Part shown: positions 27,217-36,800 of the stretch, piece by piece
Numbering within the stretch: the stretch's first letter is position 1
How the letters are laid out: each line of letters begins with the position of its first letter
Assembly (NCBI GenBank): GCA_020248265.1
Contig: JADCHX010000004.1
Coordinates: 28,183-92,182, forward strand
DNA length: 64,000 nt
Reading direction: 5' to 3'
Origin: Rhodocyclaceae bacterium
GTDB lineage: Bacteria; Pseudomonadota; Gammaproteobacteria; Burkholderiales; CAIKXV01
Position numbers and translations under genes: made by a program
Notes under the pieces: model-generated
What the model saw: the letters and a program-made list of their open reading frames with translations, nothing else
What the model was told of the DNA's origin: nothing
Databases searched by the model: none

Positions 27217-28703
27217 TGGATGCGCACACCGATGTCCTGGTGATCGGCGGTGGCGGCGCCGGCCTTGCGGCAGCGGCCGAGGCCGCAGCTGCCGGCCGCA
27301 GGGTCATCCTGCTGGAAAAGAATGCCGCGCCCGGGGGCTCGACATCATGGTCCGTGGGTTCCGTCACGGCTACCTCCACGGCGCTGCAGCGGCGTGCCGG
27401 CATCGAGGATTCTGCGCAGGCCCACTTCGAGGACCTCGGCCTCCATGCCGGGGCGCTCGCGCCGCGCGACAACCTCGCCCTGCGGCGCCTCTTGGCAGAC
27501 AACACGACCGAGATGCTCGAGTGGCTCATTTCGCTCGGCGTGGTCTTCGTCGGCCCCATGCCGGAGCCGCCGCACCGCGTCGCCCGCATGCACAACGTGG
27601 TGCCGAACTCGAAGTCCTTTGCGTATCACCTCTCACGCCACTGCAAGCGCCTCGGCGTCGATATTCGCTGCTCGATGAAGACCGAGCGTCTGATCACCGA
27701 TGATGGTGCAGTCCTCGGCGTGGAGGCGCGCGCCGCCGACGGCACCCTGCATCGGTTCCTGGCCCGGGGCGGCGTGGTGCTGGCGAGCGGCGACTACAGC
27801 GGCGCAACCGACCTCAAGGCGCGCTTCGCCTCGGAGGCAGTCGCCGACGTCGATGCCGTGAATGCAACGAGCACCGGTGATGGTCACCGGATGGCCATGG
27901 CCGTGGGCGCGCGGGTGATCAATGGCGACATCGTTCGCGGCCCGATCATGCGCTTCATACCGCCGACGCGGCCGAACCTGATCCAGCGCCTGCCGCCGGC
28001 CCGGCCGATCGCCCGGCTCATCGCGTGGTCGATGGACGTGCTGCCGCAATGGATCCTGCGCCCCTTCCTGATGAGCTTCCTCACCACCGCGCTCGGTCCG
28101 TCGACTGATCTGTTCACGGAAGGAGCGATCCTCGTCAACGATGCCGGCCGCCGCTTCACCGATGAACTCGGCAAGCCCGCCCAGGACATCGTCCACCAGG
28201 GCGAGCGCAAGGCGTGGATCGTCTTCGACCAGGCGCTCGCGCAGCGCTTCACCGCCTGGCCCTTCTTCGTGTCGACGGCGCCCGGGGTTGCCTACGCCTA
28301 CCTCGACGACTACCGGCGCAATCGCGCGGATATCTTCCATCGTGCAGATACGGTCGAGCAACTCGCCCGCTCGATGGGGATCGACGGCGATGGCCTCGTC
28401 GAGACGCTCGCGCAATACAACGGGGGCGAGCGCGGCAGCCGCCCGGCCCTGGTGCAGCCGCCGTTCCATGCCCTCGGTCCGGTGAAGGGTTACGTGGTGT
28501 TCACCGACGGTGGCCTGCAGGTCTCCGAGCAGTTGGAGGTGGTCGGGGCCTCGGGGCAGCCGATCCCCGGCCTGTACGCGGCCGGCTCTACCGGACAGGG
28601 CGGACTGCTGCTCGAGGGGCATGGACACCACCTGGGCTGGGCCTTCATTTCCGGACGTATTGCAGGGCGCAATGCGGGACAGAGAGCGGAGCAGTCACGA
28701 TGA
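27216..28703 (+). CDS. FAD-dependent oxidoreductase (fumarate reductase/KstD-like flavoprotein)
   Basis: DVLVIGGGGAGLAAAAEAAAAGRRVILLEK dinucleotide fold; C-terminal GLYAAGSTGQGG. The start overlaps the upstream stop. Confidence 0.85.
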   Translation: MDAHTDVLVIGGGGAGLAAAAEAAAAGRRVILLEKNAAPGGSTSWSVGSVTATSTALQRRAGIEDSAQAHFEDLGLHAGALAPRDNLALRRLLADNTTEMLEWLISLGVVFVGPMPEPPHRVARMHNVVPNSKSFAYHLSRHCKRLGVDIRCSMKTERLITDDGAVLGVEARAADGTLHRFLARGGVVLASGDYSGATDLKARFASEAVADVDAVNATSTGDGHRMAMAVGARVINGDIVRGPIMRFIPPTRPNLIQRLPPARPIARLIAWSMDVLPQWILRPFLMSFLTTALGPSTDLFTEGAILVNDAGRRFTDELGKPAQDIVHQGERKAWIVFDQALAQRFTAWPFFVSTAPGVAYAYLDDYRRNRADIFHRADTVEQLARSMGIDGDGLVETLAQYNGGERGSRPALVQPPFHALGPVKGYVVFTDGGLQVSEQLEVVGASGQPIPGLYAAGSTGQGGLLLEGHGHHLGWAFISGRIAGRNAGQRAEQSR

Positions 28704-29224
28704 TCTTCATGAGTCAGAGCGGGCTGGTCGACGCCAGCCGCCAGGCCGAGTGGGATGCGTGGTATCTCGACCACCTGGCGATCATGGCCACTGTGCCCGG
28801 CGTCCTTTCCGCCCAGCGGTTTACTACCAGCAGCGCGGGCCATCCGCCTTCGCTGGGGCTCTACACGATCACGTCGCCAGACGTATTCAACGGCACCTAC
28901 TACCAGAGCGTGCGCGGCATGGGGCCCTGGTTGCCGCTGATCGCCCGCGAACACTACCGGCGCAATCTGTTCGAAGGACTCGATTGCGCGCCTGAAGTCG
29001 AGGCAGGGCAGGTGCTGCTGCTCGAAGACCTGAATGCGGTGCCCGCCGGTGATGCCAGCGCGACCTCGTACCGCGGCCACTGCCTGCGCTCGGTGGGGCT
29101 CGATCGATCGACACCCTGCCGCTTCGTGCAGGTGGTGCCCGACGCGGCCGAGCACCTGCCGCACCGCGCCGAGGTGGCGGTTTACCGTCCGGTCAGTGCG
29201 CGCCTTGCGGGGAAGCCGGCATGA
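28700..29224 (+). CDS. Hypothetical protein (174 aa), possibly a small alpha+beta barrel
   Basis: ATGA coupling to the upstream flavoprotein gene and to the downstream SDR gene. Balanced amino-acid composition. I recognise no family. Confidence 0.5.
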   Translation: MIFMSQSGLVDASRQAEWDAWYLDHLAIMATVPGVLSAQRFTTSSAGHPPSLGLYTITSPDVFNGTYYQSVRGMGPWLPLIAREHYRRNLFEGLDCAPEVEAGQVLLLEDLNAVPAGDASATSYRGHCLRSVGLDRSTPCRFVQVVPDAAEHLPHRAEVAVYRPVSARLAGKPA

Positions 29225-30273
29225 AGCACGGCGTGGCAGTGATCGTCGGCGCGACCGGCCTGATCGGGCAGCGTCTGGCGCACCACCTGCAGGGTACCGG
29301 TTCGTGGGACCTCATCGGACTTTGCCGCAACGCAGCCCGGCCGAGCCCGATACCCCTGCTGTCGGTGGACCTGGTCGATGCCGCAAGCTGCCGGCAGGCC
29401 TTGGCGGGCCTCGATGAGGTCACGCATGTGTTCTATACGGCACGTTTCGACCATCCCGAAGGCGTCCATGAGTCGGTCGAAACCAACGCGACCATGCTGC
29501 GCAACGTGGTCGATGCAATCGATGACGCCTCGCCCCGCCTCGTCCATGTGCACGCCGTGCACGGAACCAAGTATTACGGCCACAACCTCGGGCCGATTCC
29601 GGTGCCGGCCAGCGAAGACAGCGCCCGGGCCTCGAGGGTCAACTTCTACTTCCCGCAAGAGGACTACCTGCGCGAGCGCAGCAAGGTGCGTCCCTGGACG
29701 TGGAGTACCTCGCGCCCGCACATCTTCTGCGACGACTCACCCGGGACACCCCGAAACCTTCCGCTGCTGATCGCGGTCTACGCATCCGTCCTGCGCGAAG
29801 CCGGGGAGCCCCTGTACTTTCCCGGCACCGAGGCCAGTTACCGCGCGCGTACGCAGTTCACCGATCTTTCGATGCTGTCCCGGATGATCGAATGGATGGC
29901 GATCACGCCAGCCTGCGCGAACCAGGCGTTCAATGTCGTGAATGGCGACTGCCCGCGCTGGTGCGACCTGTGGCCGGTGTTTGCCGCCTGCTTCGACATG
30001 CAGCCCGGGCCGGTCCGTCCCGCCCGGCTGCGCGACATGATGGCGCCTCGGGCTGCGCAATGGGACGCCATCGTCACTCGCCATGCCCTCGAGCCCTCGA
30101 GCCTTGGCGATGCGGTGTTGTGGGAGTACGGCGATTATGTGTTCTGGCCGGAGTGGGACATCGTTTCAGACATGAAAAAAGCCCGCCAGCACGGCTTCAC
30201 GGAGCAACTCGACAGTGCCCGGCAGCTCGTCGCGCTGTTCGACCGGATGCGTGCGCAGCGGATCATTCCGTAG
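29221..30273 (+). CDS. NAD(P)-dependent extended/atypical SDR (epimerase/dehydratase or enone-reductase-like)
   Basis: VAVIVGATGLIGQRLA Rossmann motif; 350 aa. Confidence 0.75.
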   Translation: MKHGVAVIVGATGLIGQRLAHHLQGTGSWDLIGLCRNAARPSPIPLLSVDLVDAASCRQALAGLDEVTHVFYTARFDHPEGVHESVETNATMLRNVVDAIDDASPRLVHVHAVHGTKYYGHNLGPIPVPASEDSARASRVNFYFPQEDYLRERSKVRPWTWSTSRPHIFCDDSPGTPRNLPLLIAVYASVLREAGEPLYFPGTEASYRARTQFTDLSMLSRMIEWMAITPACANQAFNVVNGDCPRWCDLWPVFAACFDMQPGPVRPARLRDMMAPRAAQWDAIVTRHALEPSSLGDAVLWEYGDYVFWPEWDIVSDMKKARQHGFTEQLDSARQLVALFDRMRAQRIIP

Positions 30274-30286
30274 GAGGAGACTTCGA

Positions 30287-31249
30287 ATGAAGAGCATCTG
30301 CCGCGCATTGATCATCGCATCGCTGTCGGTTGCCGCGACTGCCCATGCACAGACCTATCCGGACAAGCCCATTCGCTGGATCGTGCCGTGGCCACCAGGT
30401 GGCGGTGCCGATGTGCTGTCGCGCATGCTGAGCGGGCGCCTGGCCGAGCTGATGGGACAGCCGGTGATCATCGACAACCGCGGTGGCGCGGCGGGCAACA
30501 TCGGCGCGGAGGTCGCCGCACGCTCGACCCCCGACGGCTACACCATTGCCTTCGCCTACTCCGGCACGCACTCGATCAATCCACACATCTATTCGAAGAT
30601 GCCGTTCCGCGACAGCGATTTTGCGCCGGTGATCTGGTTGTCGATGGTGCCCCAGGTACTGGTGGTCAATCCGGCCGTCCCGGCCAAGACGGTGAAGGAA
30701 CTGATCACGCTTGCCCGCGCGCGCCCCGGTGAGCTGACCTTCGGTTCCAGCGGCAACGGCGCCATCAACCACCTGACCGGTGAGCTGTTCAACATGCGCG
30801 CTGGCACGAAGATCCTGCATGTTCCCTACAAAGGGGGTGGCCCGGCCTCGATCGCGCTGATCTCGGGCGAGATCAGCATGATCTTCGGTGAGCCGGCGAC
30901 CATCGTGCAACAGGTCAGGTCGGGCAAGCTGCGCGCGATCGCAGTGACCAGCGCGGCGCGCGCCAAGGCCATGCCCGAGTTGCCGACGCTGGCCGAGTCC
31001 GGTATTGCAGATTACGAGGTCACTTCCTGGAACGGCGTGCTGGCTCCGGCGGCGACCCCGCGTGAAATCATCAACCGGCTGAATACCGAATTCAACCGGA
31101 TGATCGCGGCACCGAGCATGCAGGCAAGGATGCTCGAATTCGGATTCGAGCCTACTGGCGGAACGCCGGAGCGGTTCGGGAGCCTGATCCGCGATGAGCT
31201 TGCCAAATGGGCGCCGGTCGTCAAGGCGGCCAGCATCAAGATCGATTGA
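30287..31249 (+). CDS. Bug/TctC-family substrate-binding protein
   Basis: AGGAGGAG RBS, signal peptide, PIRWIVPWPPGGGADV, HVPYKGGGPASIALISGEISM. Confidence 0.9.
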   Translation: MKSICRALIIASLSVAATAHAQTYPDKPIRWIVPWPPGGGADVLSRMLSGRLAELMGQPVIIDNRGGAAGNIGAEVAARSTPDGYTIAFAYSGTHSINPHIYSKMPFRDSDFAPVIWLSMVPQVLVVNPAVPAKTVKELITLARARPGELTFGSSGNGAINHLTGELFNMRAGTKILHVPYKGGGPASIALISGEISMIFGEPATIVQQVRSGKLRAIAVTSAARAKAMPELPTLAESGIADYEVTSWNGVLAPAATPREIINRLNTEFNRMIAAPSMQARMLEFGFEPTGGTPERFGSLIRDELAKWAPVVKAASIKID

Positions 31250-31275
31250 CGAGACACTGAAGGGAAGAATCTCCG

Positions 31276-31497
31276 ATGGATCAGTATCCAACCTTGAACC
31301 TGATCGTGCGGCATGGTGAGGCCCTGGCCGTCGTCTCCGGGCTTCTGCCGCTCCTGGGCGCGATTGCCGCGTTCGTGCTCGGTACGCACTGGGTCGTGGT
31401 TGTGGCAGGAGCGGTTGCCGGCGGATTCCTTTACCTGCTGATGCGCAGTTACGTCGAGCTGGTGCGCGTGATGGCCGACATGCTGATTCCCAAGTGA
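31276..31497 (+). CDS. Small (73 aa) predicted two-helix membrane protein
   Basis: Hydrophobic stretches ALAVVSGLLPLLGAIAAFVLG and VVVVAGAVAGGFLYLLM. It fills the gap between flanking same-strand genes. Confidence 0.5.
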   Translation: MDQYPTLNLIVRHGEALAVVSGLLPLLGAIAAFVLGTHWVVVVAGAVAGGFLYLLMRSYVELVRVMADMLIPK

Positions 31498-31507
31498 GGC
31501 AGAGCAG

Positions 31508-32920
31508 ATGAACAACGAAGATATCCGTGATGTAGTCGTCGTCGGTGGCGGCCTGGGCGGGTTGAGTACGGCCGTGCGCGCGGCCCAGCTCGGCCTGCGC
31601 GTGACCGTGCTGGAACGCGGCGAGGAAGAGCTGTACCTCTGCAACTCGCGTTTCTCGGGGGGCATACTGCATATCGCCCAGCACAACGTGCTCGAGCCGG
31701 CGGAACAGCTTGAACAGGTCATCCTCGAAGCCACCCTGGGCGAGGCGGATCCAGCGCTCGCCCGCACGCTTGCGCTCGATGCCCGCCGTGCCGTAGGCTG
31801 GCTCGCCGAAGCGGGCACACGGTTCATCAAGGTCGGACAGATCGTGTGGCAGCAGCATGTCCTTGCGCCACCGCGACCGATCACCCCCGGCCTGGATTGG
31901 AAGGGGCGCGGACCGGATGTAACGCTCCGGGTGCTCGAAGCGCAGTTGACCAAGGCGGGGGGCTCGATACTGCGCGGCACCGCCGCCTGCAGCCTGATGG
32001 AAAGCGGCGGCAGGTGCATCGGGGTCGAAGCGCAGTCGCGGGACGGCAAGGCCCTGCAGTTTCCCGCGCGTGCGGTCGTACTCGCCGATGGCGGCTTCCA
32101 GGCGAACCTGCAGATGATCGGCGAACACATCACCCCTGCACCGGCCAGGCTCAAGCAGCGTGGCGCTGCAACCGGTGTCGGCGATGGCATGCGCATGGCC
32201 CGCGCGCTCGGCGCCGAAGTCAGTCCGCTGAACGCCTTCTATGGCCACATGCTGTCGCGCGACTCGTTCACCAACGACAAGGTCTGGCCTTATCCGCAGC
32301 TTGACGAACTCGGCACCGCCGGTATCGTCGTCAACGCGGACGGTGAGCGTTTCGTGGATGAAGGCATGGGTGGCGTCTACGTGGCCAACATGATCGCCCG
32401 GCTCGCCGACCCGCTCTCGACCTGGGCCGTTTTCGACGAGGCGATCTGGAACGGCCCGGGCAAGGACGCCCGGATTCCAGCCAATCCGCATCTGGTCAGG
32501 GGCGGGGGTACGGTGCTGCAGGCAGCCACCCTGACCGACCTGGCCGCGCAGATGCACGTTCCCGCCGAGCGGTTGATGCTGACTGCAGAGCGGTACAACG
32601 ACGCCATCGCACAAGGCAGCGGCGAGCAGCTCAGCCCGCGCAGGACGTCCACCCGGATCTCCGCCCGGCCCCTGCGGGAAGGCCCGTTCTATGCCGTGCC
32701 CCTGTGTGCAGGCATCACCTACACGATGGGCGGCATCTGCATCAGCGCCGATGCCCGCGTGGTTCGCGGCGGCGGCGAGTCGATCAGCGGCCTGTACGCC
32801 GTCGGCGCGACGACCGGTGGGCTGGAAGGCGGCAGCGGTGCCGGTTATGTCGGTGGACTGATCAAGGCGGCCACCTTCGGCATTCGTGCAGCCGAAGACA
32901 TCGCGCGAACGATCCGATGA
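31508..32920 (+). CDS. FAD-binding dehydrogenase (succinate dehydrogenase/fumarate reductase flavoprotein-like; TcuA-like)
   Basis: DVVVVGGGLGGLSTAVRAAQLGLRVTVLERG and C-terminal GLYAVGATTGG. Confidence 0.85.
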   Translation: MNNEDIRDVVVVGGGLGGLSTAVRAAQLGLRVTVLERGEEELYLCNSRFSGGILHIAQHNVLEPAEQLEQVILEATLGEADPALARTLALDARRAVGWLAEAGTRFIKVGQIVWQQHVLAPPRPITPGLDWKGRGPDVTLRVLEAQLTKAGGSILRGTAACSLMESGGRCIGVEAQSRDGKALQFPARAVVLADGGFQANLQMIGEHITPAPARLKQRGAATGVGDGMRMARALGAEVSPLNAFYGHMLSRDSFTNDKVWPYPQLDELGTAGIVVNADGERFVDEGMGGVYVANMIARLADPLSTWAVFDEAIWNGPGKDARIPANPHLVRGGGTVLQAATLTDLAAQMHVPAERLMLTAERYNDAIAQGSGEQLSPRRTSTRISARPLREGPFYAVPLCAGITYTMGGICISADARVVRGGGESISGLYAVGATTGGLEGGSGAGYVGGLIKAATFGIRAAEDIARTIR

Positions 32921-32969
32921 TCGCGCGCTGGCTGGCCCAGGCCTGCCTGCACCAGCGGAGCAGCCCGCG

Positions 32970-33371
32970 TTGAAGGTGAGCGGACGGTGTCAATGCGGGC
33001 AGATCACCTATGAGGCGACGGTTGATCCGGAGCAGGTCGGAATCTGCCACTGCACCGATTGCCGAAGGTTGTCGGGCGCACCGTACCGCGTGCGCCTGCC
33101 GGTACCGATCGAGGATTTCAAGCTGCTGAGCGGCAGCCCGAAGACATACCTCAAGACGGGCGACAGCGGTGCGCGCCGGATGCATGCGTTCTGCGCCGAG
33201 TGCGGAAGCCCGGTCTACGCCAGCGCGCCGGAAAGCCCGACCTCGATCACGCTGCGCGTGTGCTGCCTCGATCACGCAAACGACCTGCCGCCGAAGAGAC
33301 AGATCTGGTGCCGCTCGGCACTGTCCTGGGCTGGGCCGCTCGAGGGATTGCCTGGCCTCGACCGACAGTGA
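32970..33371 (+). CDS. GFA/CENP-V family zinc-thiol protein (glutathione-dependent formaldehyde-activating enzyme fold)
   Basis: CQCGQITYEA, CHCTDCRRLSGAPY, CAECGSPVY. The start is uncertain: TTG 32970, GTG 32976 or track 32886. Confidence 0.75.
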   Translation: MKVSGRCQCGQITYEATVDPEQVGICHCTDCRRLSGAPYRVRLPVPIEDFKLLSGSPKTYLKTGDSGARRMHAFCAECGSPVYASAPESPTSITLRVCCLDHANDLPPKRQIWCRSALSWAGPLEGLPGLDRQ

Positions 33372-33509
33372 CGACCCGGCCTCGCCAAACGGCAAGCCCG
33401 CAGCCCATGGGGGTGGGGGTCAGGTCTTGAATTTTGCAGAATACGAAACGGGATTGCTCTCGGCATTCGAGCACGCTGCACTAAAGCCACCTTCGATTCA
33501 TGCCCATCG

Positions 33510-33815
33510 ATGATCCACACCCGTAACGGCAGCGAAGTCCTCGACGCCCTGCGCCCGGTCGCTTCGCGCGGCACCGGCGTATAGCACTGGGGCGCGTCCT
33601 GCTTCGGCCCGCGCTGCAGCAGCGAGGGGCTCGCGCCGGGGCTCGACCCGAAGGCGGGCAATGGCTGCTACCTGTTCGTTGCCAACGGCAGTCTGCTCCT
33701 CGGCGGGCAGTCGCTGCCGGAGTGGTCGATGGTGTTCGTCGACCCCGGCGAGGCGGGGTCGACGAACACCGCCGGGCCACTCGGAGCCGAGGTGCTGGTG
33801 ATGCAGTTCCTGAGG
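33510..33815 (+). pseudogene. Degraded cupin (pirin-like C-terminal) gene fragment
   Basis: One frame reads GNGCYLFVANGSLLLGGQSLPEWSMVFVDPGE..GAEVLVMQF. It is interrupted upstream by an in-frame TAG at 33582-33584. There is no start and no natural stop. Confidence 0.3.
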
Positions 33816-33846
33816 CCAGCGGTGACCCTGGGCGTCCGGACCAGCT

Positions 33847-36800
33847 CTATGGCGCTTGTACCTCGCTGCTGCGCAGGCACGCGACGAGCTTGTCCACTTC
33901 TCCTTCGGCGTCGCGCCACCAGTCGGTCGACCACACCCGCGCGATCTTCCAGCCGAGGTTCTCCAGCACGAACTGACGCAACCGGTCGCGATCGCGTGCC
34001 GTCGCCCCGGAGTGGTACGTCCGGCCGTCGCACTCGATGCCGAGCAGGTAGCGCCCTGGTGCGTTCGGGTCGACCACCGCCAGGTCGATGCGGTAGCCCG
34101 AGCAGCCTACCTGCGCATGCACATCCCAGCCGCGTTCGCGCAGCGCCTGCATCACCGCCTGCTCGAACGGGCTCTCCGGTTCGCGTCCGGTCGGCGTGGA
34201 CTGCGCGATGAGTGCGCGCGGACCCTTGATCGCGAAGTCGAGGTAGTGCTTGAGGTCGCGCACGCCCGCGGCGCGTACCTTCGAGGTGTCGATCTGCCCG
34301 GGGTCCAGCGAACTGAAGATACGCACGGCTTCGCGCGCGCGGGTGATCGCCACGTTCAGGCGTCGATGACCGCCTTCGCCGTTGAGCGGGCCGAAGTTCA
34401 TCGTCATGCGCCCCGCGGCGTCCAGGCCGAAGGTGGTCGAGAAGCAGATCACGTCGCGCTCGTCGCCCTGCACGTTCTCGAGGTTCTTGATGAACAGCGG
34501 CTCGTTGCTGGCAGCCGAGATCGCGCGGTCGAGTTCGGCGTTCGTGCTGCGCCGCTGGTCGAGCAGCGTCTCGATCAGCGCCTGCTGCGGCTGGTTGAAG
34601 GTGACCACGCCGATCGAGCGGGGCTTGCGGTCGATCGGCGTGCCGTCGGCTGCAGCCGGTGCGTCGAGGTAGTGCCGCTCGATCGCCGCGACGACCGCCT
34701 CGGCCTCGATGCGGTTGGTGCGCGAGCCACCGCGGTCGTACACGCCTTCGACCCGCTCGTAGCGTACTGCGGTGTCGTTGGTGACCGGTGACGGGAAAGT
34801 GATCAGGCTCGACTCGTAGTACGTCACGTTGCTGAACGCGATCAGGCTCTCGTGCCGGCTGCGGTAGTGCCATTGCAGGCTGCTGCGGTTCATGCCGGCG
34901 CCAAGGCACTCGTCGAGGATGCTCTCCAGGTCTTCGATCTGTTCCTCGTCGGTCGTCGCGCCGTCGTTGTCGGTGGACTTGTTGAAGAAGTTGGTCGGCG
35001 GCAGCTGCTTCGGATCGCCGACCACCACCAGTTGCCGGCCGCGCGCGATGGTGCCCACGGCGTCCCAGACGGTGATCTGCGAGGCCTCGTCGAACACCAC
35101 CAGGTCGAACGGTGCATAGCCGGCATCGAGGTACTGCGCGACCGACAGTGGCGACATCAGCAGGCAGGGCTTGAGCCGCGGCAGCAACGTCGGCAGCGCC
35201 TGCACCAGCTGGCGGATCGGCAGGTGCCGGCGCTGCTTCTGCAGCTCGCGGCGCAGCCGGCCGAGCTCGGCGTCCGCGCCCGGCAGCGACAGGCCGGACC
35301 AAGGCACGCCGGCGGCGAGCTTCGCGGCGATGTAGGCCTGGGTGAGCGCCTGGAAGCGCGCGTCGGCATCGCGGAACTCGAGGATGCAGCGCGTATGATC
35401 GGCGCTCGAGAAGCCACGCAGCAACGGTTCGCCGTCGATGGTCTTCTTCACCCACCAGTGGCGATAGCTGTATTCGAAGTGGCTGGCGATCGCGGCGAGC
35501 GGCACGGTGCGGCTGGATCCGGCATTCTCCAGCGTGGCCACGATGCCTTGCAGCCCGTGCGCGATCGCCTGTTCGCGCACCTTGCGCCACAGGCACCACG
35601 GCTGCAGCCGGCGGTGTGCAGCGGCCCATCCGGCGAGGGTACTGCGAATGCGTTCGAGTGCGCCACCGGCGGCGGTTGCGCCCTGTACCGGCGCAGGTGC
35701 GGACGCAGTTACAGACGCAGCTGCCGGCGCCGTCACGTGTTCGAGCGCGGTCTTCGCCAGCGCTTCGACCGCCTGCAGCGCGGTGTTCAGCGCGCGCCAG
35801 GCATCGCGCTGCTCGACCAGCGCCCGGCCCACCGGGCCGTCGGGCCGCAGCAGCGCGCGGTCCTCGGCTACCAGCGGTTGCAGCGTGGCGCGCAACGCGT
35901 GCGTCCGCGCCGGATCGCTGCCCGCGACCCGGGTGACGCTGTCGGCGAACTGCTTCGCCCATCGCTCATGGCCGGCCACAGCGGCCCAGTCGGTGGCGAT
36001 GCCGTCGAACTGCTCCTGCAGCAGTGCCTGGGCATCGTCCTGCATCGAGCGCAGCAGCTGGTCTTCTTCGTTCACCGCGGCCAGCGGTTCGAACAGCATG
36101 GGGATGGCGTCGGCGGCCGGCGGTGCGCCGTCGTCGCGAAAGGCAGCCAGCCGCTTGCGCATCGAGCGTTTGTCCAGTGCCGACTTCGGCCACCAGGTTG
36201 CGCTCGCCTGCGACCACTCGGCCTGCAGCTCGATGGCGTTCAGTTTCGCCAGCAGCGGTGTCCAGCCAGGGCCGATGGCCTGCCAGTGAGCGTTGCGCGC
36301 CCTGCCGCACCTGGACAGCACCTGGATGCGGGCGCGCGCACGCGCATCGTGGGCCGCACGGGCGAGGCCGGCCGGCACCGTCGGGGCCGCGAGCAGCAGG
36401 TCGGCGAGCTGGTCGAGGCAGCGCCAGCCGTCCATCGACAGCCCGCTGCACGGAAGTTTCAGGTGGGCACCGACGGCCTGTGCGGCCTGCTGGAACGCCG
36501 CGATCGCGGTATCGAGCGTGCGCGCCGCGGCAAGCAGGTCGTCCTGCCAGCTCGGACTCCACTCGGTGTGGCCGATCGCGGCGAGCGGATGGCCCTCGAT
36601 GCGGCCGACCGGGTCGGCGAGCGAGGCCATCCGCCGCGACAGTTCGCGCAGCGCGTCGAGCGCTTCCCGGTCGTGCACCTGCGGGTCTGGCCAGGGCATC
36701 GGCGAGGCAGGCGCAGCGTCGTCGCGCCCTTGTGCCGCGATGCAGGTGCCGATCGCGTCGAATACAGTGAGCCCGTTCGGATACGCCCGGTGCAGCGCAT

